Positions 38,345 through 48,258 of a stretch of 64,000 bases of DNA are shown in pieces. A program made the position numbers and the translations under genes. Position 1 is the stretch's first letter; every line of letters begins with the position of its first letter. Under the pieces are notes generated by a model that worked only from the letters and a program-made list of their open reading frames with translations, did not search any database and was not told where the DNA came from. Location of the stretch: the NCBI GenBank assembly GCA_018819325.1, contig JAHJQJ010000083.1, positions 1,067-65,066 on the forward strand, read 5' to 3'. The stretch comes from Patescibacteria group bacterium. GTDB lineage: Bacteria; Patescibacteriota; Microgenomatia; UBA1400; MFAQ01.

Positions 38345-39347
38345 AAACAATGTCACCTTGACTGATGTCACCTTTAATCTCTACTCTTTTTTCTCCATCG
38401 ATTCCTACTTCAACGTAAACCTTGTCGTTCTTGGGAGAAAGTTTTATGAACTTTCCGTCTTTATCGGAATTTAAGTATTTGGGAGGGATGTATAGAACGT
38501 CATCTTTTATTTCTAAGATAAAACTGGCGTCGCCTGTCATGCCGATTCTGTATTTTTCTGTGTCTAGTTCGTTAAAGGCTACCCTGACCTCGTAAACCGT
38601 GCCTTGTTGTCCTGTGCTGGGAGTAAAGGCAATGCTTTTAACGGTTGCTTCTATTTCTTTTTCTGGGTAGGAGTCTAGGGTGATATAGACGGGTTGGTCA
38701 ACAGCAAGATCTTTTATCTCTGTTTGGTCTGCTTGAATCTCGAAGTACATGGTTTCTGGGTTTAGAATCTCTATTTGAGATTGGGCAGAAGTGGTGTTTA
38801 TACCGGAGAATGGCAAAACTACACTGGTGATTAAACCGGCGAATGGCGCTTTTAGGTAACCGTTTCTTAGATTTTCTTGGGCAATTTCTAAGGCTCTGTA
38901 GGCTCTGTCTCTTCCGGCTTCTGCTGTGGTTCGTAGGTCTTTTTGGGCCATGGTTTCGTCGTCGTCGTGATCTTTAACTTGGTCTAGAATGTTGTCTACT
39001 GTGGCTTGGTATTTTCTTAGATCGGCTACAGCCTGTTCATACTGGGACTGCAGGCTGTTGGCGTTTAGCCTTAATAGGTACTGACCTTTTTTGACCCAGT
39101 CGCCCTCTTTTACACCTATCCAGGAAAGTTCACCTGAAGATTGAAAATTAAGTTGAGCGTGCTCTACCGCTCTAATTCTTCCGGTAAGAATAATTTCATG
39201 GCGAACCGAGCCTTTTTCTATAGTGGCGCTGTCTAGGTCTTGGTTGGCTGAAGACTTGTTTTTAAACCAAAGGCCACCACCTATGGCCAGTACAACAACG
39301 ACTGCCCAGACCCATTTTTTTTGAAATAACTTATTTTTTTTAGCCAT
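38337..39347 (-). CDS. MacA-like membrane-fusion/periplasmic adaptor
   Basis: VKEGDWVKKGQ.L, LKAPFAG, GMT. Confidence 0.85.
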   Translation of the reverse strand: MAKKNKLFQKKWVWAVVVVLAIGGGLWFKNKSSANQDLDSATIEKGSVRHEIILTGRIRAVEHAQLNFQSSGELSWIGVKEGDWVKKGQYLLRLNANSLQSQYEQAVADLRKYQATVDNILDQVKDHDDDETMAQKDLRTTAEAGRDRAYRALEIAQENLRNGYLKAPFAGLITSVVLPFSGINTTSAQSQIEILNPETMYFEIQADQTEIKDLAVDQPVYITLDSYPEKEIEATVKSIAFTPSTGQQGTVYEVRVAFNELDTEKYRIGMTGDASFILEIKDDVLYIPPKYLNSDKDGKFIKLSPKNDKVYVEVGIDGEKRVEIKGDISQGDIVYD

Positions 39348-39386
39348 AATCTTTTTCTATTTTATCACTACTTGAACCTAATTTCT

Positions 39387-39770
39387 CTAGGCACGACCCG
39401 CGGGGTTGAGCGTGGATAATCTATATTGCGATTCGGGATCATTCATTCCCCGTCATTCTGGTCTGTCCCCTCGTCATTCCCGCGCAGGCGGGAATCCAGC
39501 ATTAGTGCCCTGCTCGTCATTCTGGTAAGTGAGTCTTCGAACGCATCCAGAATCGTTATCAGAGCATGGTATACGGAATGGATTCTGGACAAGCCAGAAT
39601 GACGAAGATACGCTGATGCTAGATCCTTCGCCAGAGCTCAGGATGACGTGGGGTAGGTGCAGAAAGGACTGTCCTTTCCTCGGCTCTATAGCCGAGGAGC
39701 CCGCGGCTGTAGCCGCTCCTTTTAAGGACAGACCTTTCTTCTAGGCGTGACCCGCGGGGTTAAGCCTAAT
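39387..39770. repeat. Nested multi-family palindromic repeat cluster
   Basis: CTAGGC..GACCCGCGGGGTT direct repeats flanking nested GTCAT...ATGAC pairs and AAGGAC.G.CCTTTC palindromes. Confidence 0.85.
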
Positions 39771-39774
39771 CTTA

Positions 39775-40305
39775 TTAACCTTTAGGAAGTAGTTTTTTAT
39801 ATTTTTCAATCTTTTCATTCAACCTCATCGTCGCATAACGTGGAGAGGGGGATGGTAACGTAACAAGCTCAATCTCTGGATGTCGAATAATAATTTCTTT
39901 AAAAATTTGCTTAAATTTTTTCTCCACAAAACAACTGGAAAAAAGGATTTTATTGATTGGGTACCTATTTAAAATTTTCGCAATTGCTTTTGTGTTGTAA
40001 ATAAAATTTGTTAAATTTGTATCAAGGTTGTTTCCTTTTTTCCTTTCACATTGGTAAATTATATCCGCCATAGCAATCCCCAGATCAGTAAATAACTTCT
40101 TTCTCATAACTGTGTCTTTTAACTCAAGTCCATAAACTGCTTCTAAAATTGGCCAGAATTGATTTCTTTTTGTTGCATAAAACCAGTCATAAGAAGGATC
40201 ATTGGCTATATTTCCTTTTACCGCTTGCCTGCCAGTAAAACTTCCTAAAATTATGCAACCTGCCTTTGGAGGAACAAAGTTGCCGAAAGCGTGTGTTTCT
40301 ATCAT
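39775..40305 (-). CDS. Uracil-DNA glycosylase superfamily (MUG/HDG-like)
   Basis: ILGSF, N.FW, LPSPSP. Confidence 0.75.
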   Translation of the reverse strand: MIETHAFGNFVPPKAGCIILGSFTGRQAVKGNIANDPSYDWFYATKRNQFWPILEAVYGLELKDTVMRKKLFTDLGIAMADIIYQCERKKGNNLDTNLTNFIYNTKAIAKILNRYPINKILFSSCFVEKKFKQIFKEIIIRHPEIELVTLPSPSPRYATMRLNEKIEKYKKLLPKG

Positions 40306-40370
40306 GAGTTATTTATTTTATCATGAGGTTTATGAGATCCAGAAAGGACTGTTCTTTCTCTGGGTAGTGG

Positions 40371-41213
40371 TTATTTTAAGAGGGCGTGGGTGGCTTGGAT
40401 GTTTTTTAGGTCTGGGCCGGATTTGTTTTGACCTGGGGTCTCTAAGATTATTGGCAGGTGATTTAGTTTAGGATGATTGATAAAGTTTGATAAACCAACC
40501 TTACCTATTTCTCCTTGGCCAATGTTTTCGTGCTGGTCGTGGCCGGAACTTAGAGGAGTTTTAGAGTCATTTAGGTGCAAACAGACCAAATGTTTTAGTA
40601 GTTTTTTGGTTTGTAAGTCATTAACTAGGTCTTGAACAACTTTTAGTTTTCTTAAGTCGTAGCCTGCTTCAAAAAGATGGGCGGAGTCCAAACAGATTTT
40701 GACTCTGGGAGAATTAATTTGATTGACTAAAGTATTAATTTCTTCTATTGAGCCAATTTTGTTTTTTTCACCAGCAGAGTTTTCAATGATAAAAGGTGTG
40801 TCTTGGGTGTTTTTTAATAATTTTTTAATTAATTTAACTACTTGGTCTTTGGTCGAGTCGAATCCCCTGCCTTGGTGGGAGCCAATATGAACAATGACGC
40901 CAGCGGAGTTTATTTTTTGGCCATTGCTTAGATCTATTAATAAAGCCTGGTAAGATTTGTTTAATAAATTAGGATTATCTGAGGCGAGATTGACCAAATA
41001 TAAGGCATGAATAAAAACAGGGGTTAGATTTTGTTGTTTAATTTGCTTATTAAAATTTTGGACTTGATCTTGGGGGAAGGGGTTTCTGGCCCAACTGCGA
41101 GGAGAGCCAGCAAATATTTGCAGACAATTTCCGGACATATCAAGGGTATTTTTAACAGAGTTAGTTAAACCACCAGCGATAGAGACATGACCACCTACTT
41201 TACGGGGTGACAT
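40371..41213 (-). CDS. nfo: Endonuclease IV
   Basis: [32 protein letters not shown]. Confidence 0.9.
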   Translation of the reverse strand: MSPRKVGGHVSIAGGLTNSVKNTLDMSGNCLQIFAGSPRSWARNPFPQDQVQNFNKQIKQQNLTPVFIHALYLVNLASDNPNLLNKSYQALLIDLSNGQKINSAGVIVHIGSHQGRGFDSTKDQVVKLIKKLLKNTQDTPFIIENSAGEKNKIGSIEEINTLVNQINSPRVKICLDSAHLFEAGYDLRKLKVVQDLVNDLQTKKLLKHLVCLHLNDSKTPLSSGHDQHENIGQGEIGKVGLSNFINHPKLNHLPIILETPGQNKSGPDLKNIQATHALLK

Positions 41214-41829
41214 TTATTGATACTATGACAACATCTTCTATTGGCTTGTCTTGAGCGCCCACTTCTACATTACCTATTTTTTCTAAGATATCCATGCCTG
41301 CTATTACCTGGCCAAAAATGGTGTGTAAGCCGTTTAAGTGGGGTGTGGGGGCTAGGGTAATAAAAAACTGAGAACCGTTGGTATTAGGGCCGCTGTTGGC
41401 CATAGCCAAAATTCCGGCTTTATCAAAGGTGAGACCTTGGTTAAATTCGTCTGCGAATGAGTAACCTGGTCCACCAGTGCCGGTACCTAAAGGGTCACCA
41501 CCCTGGATCATAAAACCACTAATAACGCGATGAAATATAAGATTATTATAAAAAGGATCCTTGCCTTCACTGCCAGTTGAAAGATCAACAAAGTTGGCCA
41601 CGGTTAGAGGAGCCTTGTTAGGGAAAAGTTCTAAGGTTATTGGCCCTAGACTAGTATTAATGGTGGCCGAAATGGGAAGGGTGGGTGGTGTGGATGTGGG
41701 TGTCATTTGATTTGTGGTTTGATTATTAACTAATACTTTATCATCATCCACTAATGGAGAGATGGGTTTGGTCGTACAGGCTGAAAGAAAAATAGCAGAG
41801 AGAAGAAGGAGGCTGATTTTTTTTAACAT
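41200..41829 (-). CDS. Cyclophilin-type PPIase, probable lipoprotein
   Basis: LSAC lipobox; [21 protein letters not shown]. Confidence 0.9.
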   Translation of the reverse strand: MLKKISLLLLSAIFLSACTTKPISPLVDDDKVLVNNQTTNQMTPTSTPPTLPISATINTSLGPITLELFPNKAPLTVANFVDLSTGSEGKDPFYNNLIFHRVISGFMIQGGDPLGTGTGGPGYSFADEFNQGLTFDKAGILAMANSGPNTNGSQFFITLAPTPHLNGLHTIFGQVIAGMDILEKIGNVEVGAQDKPIEDVVIVSINVTP

Positions 41830-41866
41830 TTAAGTTATTCTACCAAGAAAATGATAAGATTTGTTT

Positions 41867-42073
41867 ATGGAAATGCCTGTGGTTGTAGGAGTTATTTTGG
41901 CTTTGATATTTATTGTTTCTTTTTCAGGCTGGTTTTACAATGTGATCAGTGGAGCAAGGCAATTGGTGTTGGACGACGAGTTTTTTGGTTGGAGAATAGC
42001 CTGGACAAGTTTTATTTCTATGGCTTTTATGGTAGCCGTGTTTTTTGGCTTAGTAGCTCTAGGAAACGGTTAA
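41867..42073 (+). CDS. Small two-TM hypothetical protein
   Basis: Fills the intergenic gap; hydrophobic. Confidence 0.4.
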   Translation: MEMPVVVGVILALIFIVSFSGWFYNVISGARQLVLDDEFFGWRIAWTSFISMAFMVAVFFGLVALGNG

Positions 42074-42295
42074 TCAGTTTTTCCAAACAGAAATGGTGAT
42101 CCAATCATTTCCTCGACGTTTAATGGCAACGGCTATCTGATAGGTACCGAAGTTTTTAATATGTTTTTTTGAAGTGTAAGCTTTACTGTTTACAACCTGA
42201 TCTGGGAAACGAACGGTTTTGTCTAGATCGTTTAAATTTACGCCACGCTCTAAAGCTCTTTGTTTTACGTGATTAGTTAGGATAATTTGTGCCAT
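42074..42295 (-). CDS. DUF4258/RelE-like small protein
   Basis: LTNH...RA.ERG...I.SVW. Confidence 0.55.
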   Translation of the reverse strand: MAQIILTNHVKQRALERGVNLNDLDKTVRFPDQVVNSKAYTSKKHIKNFGTYQIAVAIKRRGNDWITISVWKN

Positions 42296-42583
42296 CTACA
42301 TACCAGAAGGAGTCACATCGTCTGGGTTTTCGGCTAATGGAGAAGCCAGAGGAGTTTCTACCGGGGCTACTGGGGTTTCAACTGGGGGCAATGGGGCTTC
42401 AACCGTGGGAGTAACTTCTGGAGTGGGGTCTGGGTCCACAGAAGGAGAGGGGGTTAAAGGAGGCAGGGGGTCTGTTGCGGGAGCTGGTGGGGTGACTGGT
42501 GGGGCGGGGGTTGTTAACTTAGGATCTATGTTTAGATCCATACCTGAAGTGGTTGGGGGGGTTGGGTTTGTGTTGTCGTCCAT
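42296..42583 (-). CDS. Pro/Thr-rich low-complexity protein
   Basis: 95-aa ORF directly adjoining its neighbour. Confidence 0.5.
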   Translation of the reverse strand: MDDNTNPTPPTTSGMDLNIDPKLTTPAPPVTPPAPATDPLPPLTPSPSVDPDPTPEVTPTVEAPLPPVETPVAPVETPLASPLAENPDDVTPSGM

Positions 42584-42655
42584 TTGTTTTTTTATTTAAT
42601 TAACAATATCTTAATATTAAAGGTAACTGTAATGGTTGTCAAATCTAGTTTTGTT

Positions 42656-43660
42656 TTAGATTTTTTGACCTACTATGATTACAACGTCGAATTCGGAGTC
42701 TTCTTCTAGAGCGTCACCCAATTTTACGTCGTAATCGCTGTTTAAAGCTCTTTCTATTGTGTCGTAAACAGCCTTGGGTGTATCTGCTTTGAGTTGTACC
42801 TCTGTGTCTTGATAGTCATAAGAGTCGGCGTTGGTGGTGTCTGCTTCGTTAAAACCTTCTGCTTGAAGTATTTCATCTACAGCACCGGCTTGGCCAGCGG
42901 TGCCGGAGCCGTTTTGAATTTGGAGGGTGTATTCGGTTAGGTCAAGTTCTTCGGGTGTTGGTGTAGGTGTTTCAGTAACGGTTTCGGTAACAACTGCTTC
43001 TGGAGTCTCGTTGGCTTTGGAGCGAATGTCTTGATTATTAGTGGCTGAACGAGAGTAAAGAATGCCGCCGGTTAGGGCTCCGCCAACAACCAAGGTTATT
43101 GCTAGGGCCATAAATAAGCCTTTGTTGGATTTAGTTTTGACATCATTTTTTTCTGATGGTTCCTGGTCGAACTTTATTTCTGGTGTGTTTGGAATAGGGG
43201 TGGTGTCTACAACTGGTTCAGTAACGGATTCCACTTCAGCCACTGGCTCCACGACTTCGGCCTTTGGCTCTGGTTCTGCTACGGGGTCGGATGCCGGTTT
43301 TATTTCTAACTCGTCTTGATCTTTAGTAATGGTTTTGTTCTTCTTTGCTGCAGTAGCCATAATATTAATATTCTTTTTGACTACTTCCCATTGTGCAGGA
43401 ACATCTATGCTTTTGTCAATATGATCACCCGATATAATAATTCCTTTGATCTTAAGATTGTATTTTTGTTTTATGGTAGAGGCTATGCTAACCAAAGTCT
43501 CTATGCCCAGACTAGACTGATTATGGGCTAAGAAAACCACACCCTTAAAACTAGCGATGATCAGAGGTTCTTGAGTATGATGAAGAATAAGGTGGGGATA
43601 TTTGATATGTGCGGTTGATTGAGCAAGAATAACGGCGGCGGTTTGAAAAATCTGGTTCGT
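42656..43660 (-). CDS. LytR C-terminal domain protein, apparently 5'-truncated
   Basis: QNGSGTAGQA...NAD..Y..T...DVVIIVG; frame stays open to about 43660, where it meets a Bro-N fragment; usable starts at 43540 or 43360. Confidence 0.65.
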   Translation of the reverse strand, partial: TNQIFQTAAVILAQSTAHIKYPHLILHHTQEPLIIASFKGVVFLAHNQSSLGIETLVSIASTIKQKYNLKIKGIIISGDHIDKSIDVPAQWEVVKKNINIMATAAKKNKTITKDQDELEIKPASDPVAEPEPKAEVVEPVAEVESVTEPVVDTTPIPNTPEIKFDQEPSEKNDVKTKSNKGLFMALAITLVVGGALTGGILYSRSATNNQDIRSKANETPEAVVTETVTETPTPTPEELDLTEYTLQIQNGSGTAGQAGAVDEILQAEGFNEADTTNADSYDYQDTEVQLKADTPKAVYDTIERALNSDYDVKLGDALEEDSEFDVVIIVGQKI

Positions 43661-43855
43661 TTAGTAGCTAGTTCCGGATCTTCTATTTCTTTTACCCTTT
43701 CAAAACCCACTCGCGCTAGCCATCTTTAAGTCACTCCAATATTTCCTGGGCCTACCACTACCAGTTAATGCTTCAATGACATCTATAACCGAAAACCACC
43801 ACTCATTTTTGTAAATTATCCGTCTGATTTCTTTTTGGCGGAAGATGGCGATTTT
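43651..43855 (-). pseudogene. Bro-N-family gene fragment with internal deletion
   Basis: KIAIFRQKEIRR..WWFSVIDVI..YWSDLK joined out of frame to WLARVGFERVKEIEDPELA; homologous to the ORF at 47363-48232. Confidence 0.75.
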
Positions 43856-43893
43856 GAAAAAATGAAAGAGTAGGAGTGGGAAGAAGTACCAGG

Positions 43894-43918
43894 CACAGAA
43901 AGGACGGACCTTTCTGTG
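43894..43918. repeat. 25-bp palindrome CACAGAAAGGACGGACCTTTCTGTG
   Basis: Family members at about 39660, 39724, 40339, 44072 (half), 44292, 46005, 47316 and 49435. Confidence 0.8.
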
Positions 43919-43924
43919 GATAGG

Positions 43925-44017
43925 TTAAAAATCTAGGCCTTCTACCGCAAGAATACCTTTATCAAATGAGTGTTTAACCTTTCTCATCTCTGTTACCAAA
44001 TCGGCTTTTTCTATCAT
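43925..44017 (-). pseudogene. C-terminal remnant of a CobO/BtuR-like adenosyltransferase
   Basis: MIEKADLVTEMRKVKHSFDKGILAVEGLDF* resembles the BtuR C-terminus (recognised from memory). Confidence 0.55.
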
Positions 44018-44084
44018 TCATAGCCAGATTCTACCATATAGCAAGACTTAAATAGATTAAGCGGTTTGGAATTACAAAAAGGAC

Positions 44085-44222
44085 AGCCTGACTTTTAATT
44101 ATGGCAAATTCGCCATAATTAAAATTTGGATTGTTAAGTCTTTCCCATATTCCCAAAAATTCAACGGTGTTTCTGTTCCGAAGCCAATCAGAAATAAAAA
44201 AATCACCCTCTTTTACCTTCAA
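44085..44222 (-). pseudogene. KilA-N domain gene fragment
   Basis: ISDWLRNRNTVEFLGIWERLNNPNFNYGEFAIIKSQA. Confidence 0.7.
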
Positions 44223-44348
44223 GAAGAGAGGTTACACATCTGAACAGTCACGACCGGAGTCGAGGACAGTTCCGATGAGAAACCTTTCCACCACAGAAAG
44301 GACTGTCCCTTGGGGCGGAGGGCAGTGTTGCAATGGGTTGAACAACCG

Positions 44349-44648
44349 TTATTTTTTGGCTTTTTTAATTTCTCGGTTGATGTCTTTTAAATATTTGTCT
44401 GTAAGTTCTTTTAATTTTTTGAAATCAATTTTTTGATATATCTCATTGTTAAATCTATCGGCAAAATTAAACCGCCTCCCCGCCGCAATCTCCTTCCCCC
44501 ATTCAGCATAAGCATAATGAACAAATTTTTCAGAATTTTCTTTATCGCCAAGCGCAGAATGCCACCCTGCCCAAGCCGCATGCCTCAGCGAACAAGACGT
44601 AAATAAAAATACTGGCTCTTTGTATGATTGTTTTGACATATTTTTCAA
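44349..44648 (-). CDS. Hypothetical protein, possibly a fragment
   Basis: 99-aa ORF in the decayed region. Confidence 0.35.
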   Translation of the reverse strand: MKNMSKQSYKEPVFLFTSCSLRHAAWAGWHSALGDKENSEKFVHYAYAEWGKEIAAGRRFNFADRFNNEIYQKIDFKKLKELTDKYLKDINREIKKAKK

Positions 44649-44683
44649 ACTAGTCCGCTTAAAAACTCACCTGCGATCAACTG

Positions 44684-45826
44684 TTAACTAATAATTGAAC
44701 TGGCCCATAAATTCTCAAGGAATGTTTTCCAGGGCATAATGGTGATGTCGCCAACTTTCCGTGGTTTAGTGTCTAACGAGACAACGATGGCCTGTTTGGG
44801 TTTATATTCTTCACAAAAAGCGTTTAAACCCCGCAAATGTTGCGTGTGGACTTCTGGGACACCTTTTACTTCTAGAGCAATTTCCCCATCGCCAAGAATA
44901 AAGTCTACCTCTAACCCAGATGTTGTTCTCCAATAAGAAATTGGGTACGCCAAGCCAGAATAATGACTATGGGCGCTGATTTCTTGCCAAATAAACTGTT
45001 CAAATGCCCGGCCAAAAATCTCACTGCCGGCGGCAATGGTTCCCCGTTTAAGAAGCGTGTTAGCGACACCAAGATCAAAGAAATAAAACTTTGGCGTGAC
45101 AACAATCCGCCGTTTTGGTTTTTTTTGGAATGCTGGGACAAAACGTGCCAGTAAGGTATCTTCTAAAATCTGAAAATATTCTCTAACTGTGGGGCTACTT
45201 ACGCCGCATTCCCTGGCAATATTAACGAAATTTACCACCTCTCCGTTGGAAAATGACGCGGCTTCAAGAAACTTGGCAAAGGCCGGAACGTTTCTGGTTA
45301 AGGCTTCGGCGGCGATTTCTTCTTTTAAATAATCCCCCACATAAGAGCGGCCCAAAAGTTCCACTTGGTCAGCCTGATAATGCCGTGGCAAAAGGCCGTG
45401 ATTTAATGCCCGCAGAAGATTAAACTGGGGAATTTCTGCTGAAACCAAAGGGAAAAGTTCGTATCGTAAAGCCCGTCCGCCCAAAAGATTTCCGCCGCCA
45501 CGTTTAAGTTTACGGGCGCTGGAATCGCAGAGGATAAACTGAATTTTTTGGTTGACAATCAGCCACTGGATTTCATCAAGAAGCGAGGGGATCTTTTGCA
45601 CTTCATCAATAATGACCGGATGGGTGGGATAATTTGCCAGCAGTTCTTCTCTAAGTAATGACGGCCGACGATTCAATCGCTCGAATTCATTGGACAAAAG
45701 TAAATCGTAATATGGCGAATCGGGAAAGAGGTTTTTTAATAAAGTGCTTTTTCCGCTTTGACGCGGTCCCCACAGAAAACAACTTTCCGACCCTAAACCT
45801 TTAAATTGCTGCAGTCTTTGGTACAT
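44684..45826 (-). CDS. AAA_14 ATPase with DUF4143 domain
   Basis: GPRQSGKST, IIDEVQ, PKFYFFDLG, YWRT..G.EVDF..EVK. Confidence 0.9.
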   Translation of the reverse strand: MYQRLQQFKGLGSESCFLWGPRQSGKSTLLKNLFPDSPYYDLLLSNEFERLNRRPSLLREELLANYPTHPVIIDEVQKIPSLLDEIQWLIVNQKIQFILCDSSARKLKRGGGNLLGGRALRYELFPLVSAEIPQFNLLRALNHGLLPRHYQADQVELLGRSYVGDYLKEEIAAEALTRNVPAFAKFLEAASFSNGEVVNFVNIARECGVSSPTVREYFQILEDTLLARFVPAFQKKPKRRIVVTPKFYFFDLGVANTLLKRGTIAAGSEIFGRAFEQFIWQEISAHSHYSGLAYPISYWRTTSGLEVDFILGDGEIALEVKGVPEVHTQHLRGLNAFCEEYKPKQAIVVSLDTKPRKVGDITIMPWKTFLENLWASSIIS

Positions 45827-45901
45827 AAATCTTAAAATTACATGTTATTTTAAATAACAACTTTATTATATCATGTAAACCTGTGATGTCAATCTTATTC
45901 G

Positions 45902-45995
45902 AGTGATCCCACTTTCGCGGGAATGACAGAGGGGGGAATTGTATGGGTCCCGCATCCCAGCCAAAGGCGGGCACGGCAAGTGCGGGATGACAGAG
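45902..45995. repeat. REP-like palindromes (GATCCCAC..GCGGGAATGAC family)
   Basis: Two units, each ending GGGA(A)TGACAGAGGGGG. Confidence 0.7.
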
Positions 45996-46032
45996 GGGGG
46001 GAAGTTACAGAAAGGACGGACCTTTCTGTAAA

Positions 46033-47235
46033 TTACAGGAAGGGTTCTGGTTTGTATCCAACAGGCAGGACACCTAATTTAGACTCAACAAACTTGGCTC
46101 TTTTAAGATAAAGGTCTTCTTCTGCCAGATCAAGATTTAAGCTATAAAAAACAGATTTACCTTGTTTTCTTTTTTGAACCCAGCCCTGGCTGACCCCCTT
46201 TTGCAGCTGGTTATTAAATGACTGCTCTGCCATTTTGCGTTTGATTCTTTTGTGTAAATTAGTATAGGTCAAGCTTTTTTCTTTAACCAAGGGTTTTAAT
46301 ATTTTCTTTTGCCTACTGTCACTTGTGTTTTTCTCTAGAAACTGCATACGCTGGAACTCGATGCTTGTTTTGTAGACCCCTAAGATCGACATGGCTAATG
46401 CTTCTATTATGAAGCTAGAAAAAATGGTTAGGTCTTTTTGCAGAAGAGAAGAGATTAACCTTTTGTAGTACTTGGGTTTGAACTGATGGTAGTAATATGA
46501 GGTACTGTATGTGTTTTTACTGTTTAAGTTAAGAAGTCTGTACAGAATGTGTTCTGTTACTCTGCACAAGCGTTTGTTGCCGTTGCAAAAGGGGTGGAGA
46601 GCATACAGAGCGTTGTGAAATATAGCGACGTTGGTGATGGTAAAGTTGTTTTTTAACCAGTTAATGAAGTCTGTTATGTTTCTATTGAGATCTTTGGCAG
46701 GCGAAGGTTGGTAATCGCCAACTTTGATGTTGTCGTTTTTTCTTAGATGCCCAGAGTTGTATACCTCAAATTGAAAAATATGTTCTTTGAATATGTCCAT
46801 TCCGGCTGTTAACTGGGCATGGATGTCTTTTAATAAATCTACGCTTAAGTCTGCCAACTTAAATGGTTTTTGATTTAGGTTGCGGAAAGTTTTAATGATA
46901 TTGAAGTACTCTAGCTTTTCATAGTCTGTTTGAGTAAGCTCCTCTTGGTTGTTGATTTTTTGCTCAATTAAGTTCCACTGCCGGTTGTCTTTGATAAATT
47001 TATAAATATTTTGGGCCTGTACTAAGGTTAGGTTAGAGTCTTCTGCCTTGGAGATAGCAAAAGAGGCAAATAGTTCGTTTTTGGAAATCAAGTTTGCTTC
47101 TATATCTGGGTTGAGAAACTTTTTTTCGTACAAGGATAGCTCTTGATCTAAATCTTGAATTTCTTTGTTGGAAAAAGGAATCTTGCCAGGGTGGAATTGA
47201 AGCTGTGAAAGGTATTTATTGGTCTTGGTGAACAT
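46033..47235 (-). CDS. Fic-domain protein with C-terminal wHTH
   Basis: HPFCNGNKRLCR. Confidence 0.8.
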   Translation of the reverse strand: MFTKTNKYLSQLQFHPGKIPFSNKEIQDLDQELSLYEKKFLNPDIEANLISKNELFASFAISKAEDSNLTLVQAQNIYKFIKDNRQWNLIEQKINNQEELTQTDYEKLEYFNIIKTFRNLNQKPFKLADLSVDLLKDIHAQLTAGMDIFKEHIFQFEVYNSGHLRKNDNIKVGDYQPSPAKDLNRNITDFINWLKNNFTITNVAIFHNALYALHPFCNGNKRLCRVTEHILYRLLNLNSKNTYSTSYYYHQFKPKYYKRLISSLLQKDLTIFSSFIIEALAMSILGVYKTSIEFQRMQFLEKNTSDSRQKKILKPLVKEKSLTYTNLHKRIKRKMAEQSFNNQLQKGVSQGWVQKRKQGKSVFYSLNLDLAEEDLYLKRAKFVESKLGVLPVGYKPEPFL

Positions 47236-47243
47236 TGATTTTT

Positions 47244-47302
47244 GCTCTAATATAACTCTAGTTATTACTCTAATTTTAACTCTATTTTTACTCTAAAGTC
47301 AA
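47244..47302 (-). promoter_or_regulatory. Promoter overlaid by five phased TAGAG(T/C) repeats
   Basis: TTGACT -35; repeats spaced 11, 12, 12 and 11 bp. Confidence 0.6.
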
Positions 47303-47362
47303 GAGTGATGGCAGGCACGAAAGGACTGTCCTTTCTGTGAAGTGGTAGGTTAGACATTTACT

Positions 47363-48232
47363 TTACTTTAGCAATTTTCCAGATGCCTTTTTCTTGTGTG
47401 TTGGCAAAATATTTTCTCTGGTAACAACTTTTTGCCCCGTCTGTAATTCATAATCTCTGCGTGCTCTTTTAGCCACGGCGCCGCCCTTTTTAGCTGGAGG
47501 GACATTTTTTCTAAAACCTCTGGCTTGTTCCTTCTTAGCTATATTTGCAGTTGAAAGTTCTGCCAAGGTTGTAAACAACAATTCTGCTTCAGACATATGA
47601 TCCCGCAAATTTTCCTGTTTTATTTTCTTTAGATTTTTGTGCTGACGGGTGGTTAAATCCGTCCATTCTTTATGAATAATGTTGGTAAGTAGTGCAAATT
47701 CTTTTTCTTTTGTGACTTCGTGTTCACTCCAATAATCTGTTAGCTTGTTTCTGATTTCCTGCCCCATCATTCTTTGCTGAATCCATTTTGCGCTCCGTCC
47801 CATTCTTTGCCAATAATCACGGCTACGATTAAGCGCTTTTCCTGGGTCGTTTATTTCTTCTATTCTTTCATAGCCAACGCGAGCCAACCAAAGTTTAACT
47901 GGCTCGGCCTTGGGGCTGGGAACCGATTGAATAAGGCGCAAAATTGTTTCCACATCCGCAACGTCGGTTTTATAATACTTTCCATCGGCAGACTGCAATT
48001 TCAGTTTGTCACATTTTGTGACAGACTCATTTCCCTCTTGTTTTAAACGACTTTTAAGCGTTGTCCAGTAGCTTTGTGCCTTTTTAAAATCGGGCTGTTC
48101 AATAAGAATAGCTATAATATCAATAACCGAAAAGTGCCATTTTTCTTGTTTTTCATCCCATAGGCGACGGATTTTGTTACCCTCAAAAATTGTAATTTGT
48201 TTTTTTGGTTGTTTGGGTAGAGTTCGGGTCAT
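47363..48232 (-). CDS. Bro-N domain protein
   Basis: FEG.KIRR.W..W.FSVID, RLIQSVPSPKAEP.K.WLA, NLRDHM. Confidence 0.85.
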   Translation of the reverse strand: MTRTLPKQPKKQITIFEGNKIRRLWDEKQEKWHFSVIDIIAILIEQPDFKKAQSYWTTLKSRLKQEGNESVTKCDKLKLQSADGKYYKTDVADVETILRLIQSVPSPKAEPVKLWLARVGYERIEEINDPGKALNRSRDYWQRMGRSAKWIQQRMMGQEIRNKLTDYWSEHEVTKEKEFALLTNIIHKEWTDLTTRQHKNLKKIKQENLRDHMSEAELLFTTLAELSTANIAKKEQARGFRKNVPPAKKGGAVAKRARRDYELQTGQKVVTRENILPTHKKKASGKLLK

Positions 48233-48258
48233 GATTTAATAATGGTCTTTCTTCCCGA

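Noticed and set aside
39529-39744. 71-aa ORF (and the 62-aa ORF at 45923-46111)
   Set aside because: They are translations of palindromic repeats with no coding signal.
45515-45535. AAA_14 motif reads CDSS where GSS is usual
   Set aside because: A single substitution that could be an error or a tolerated variant; not enough to call inactivation.
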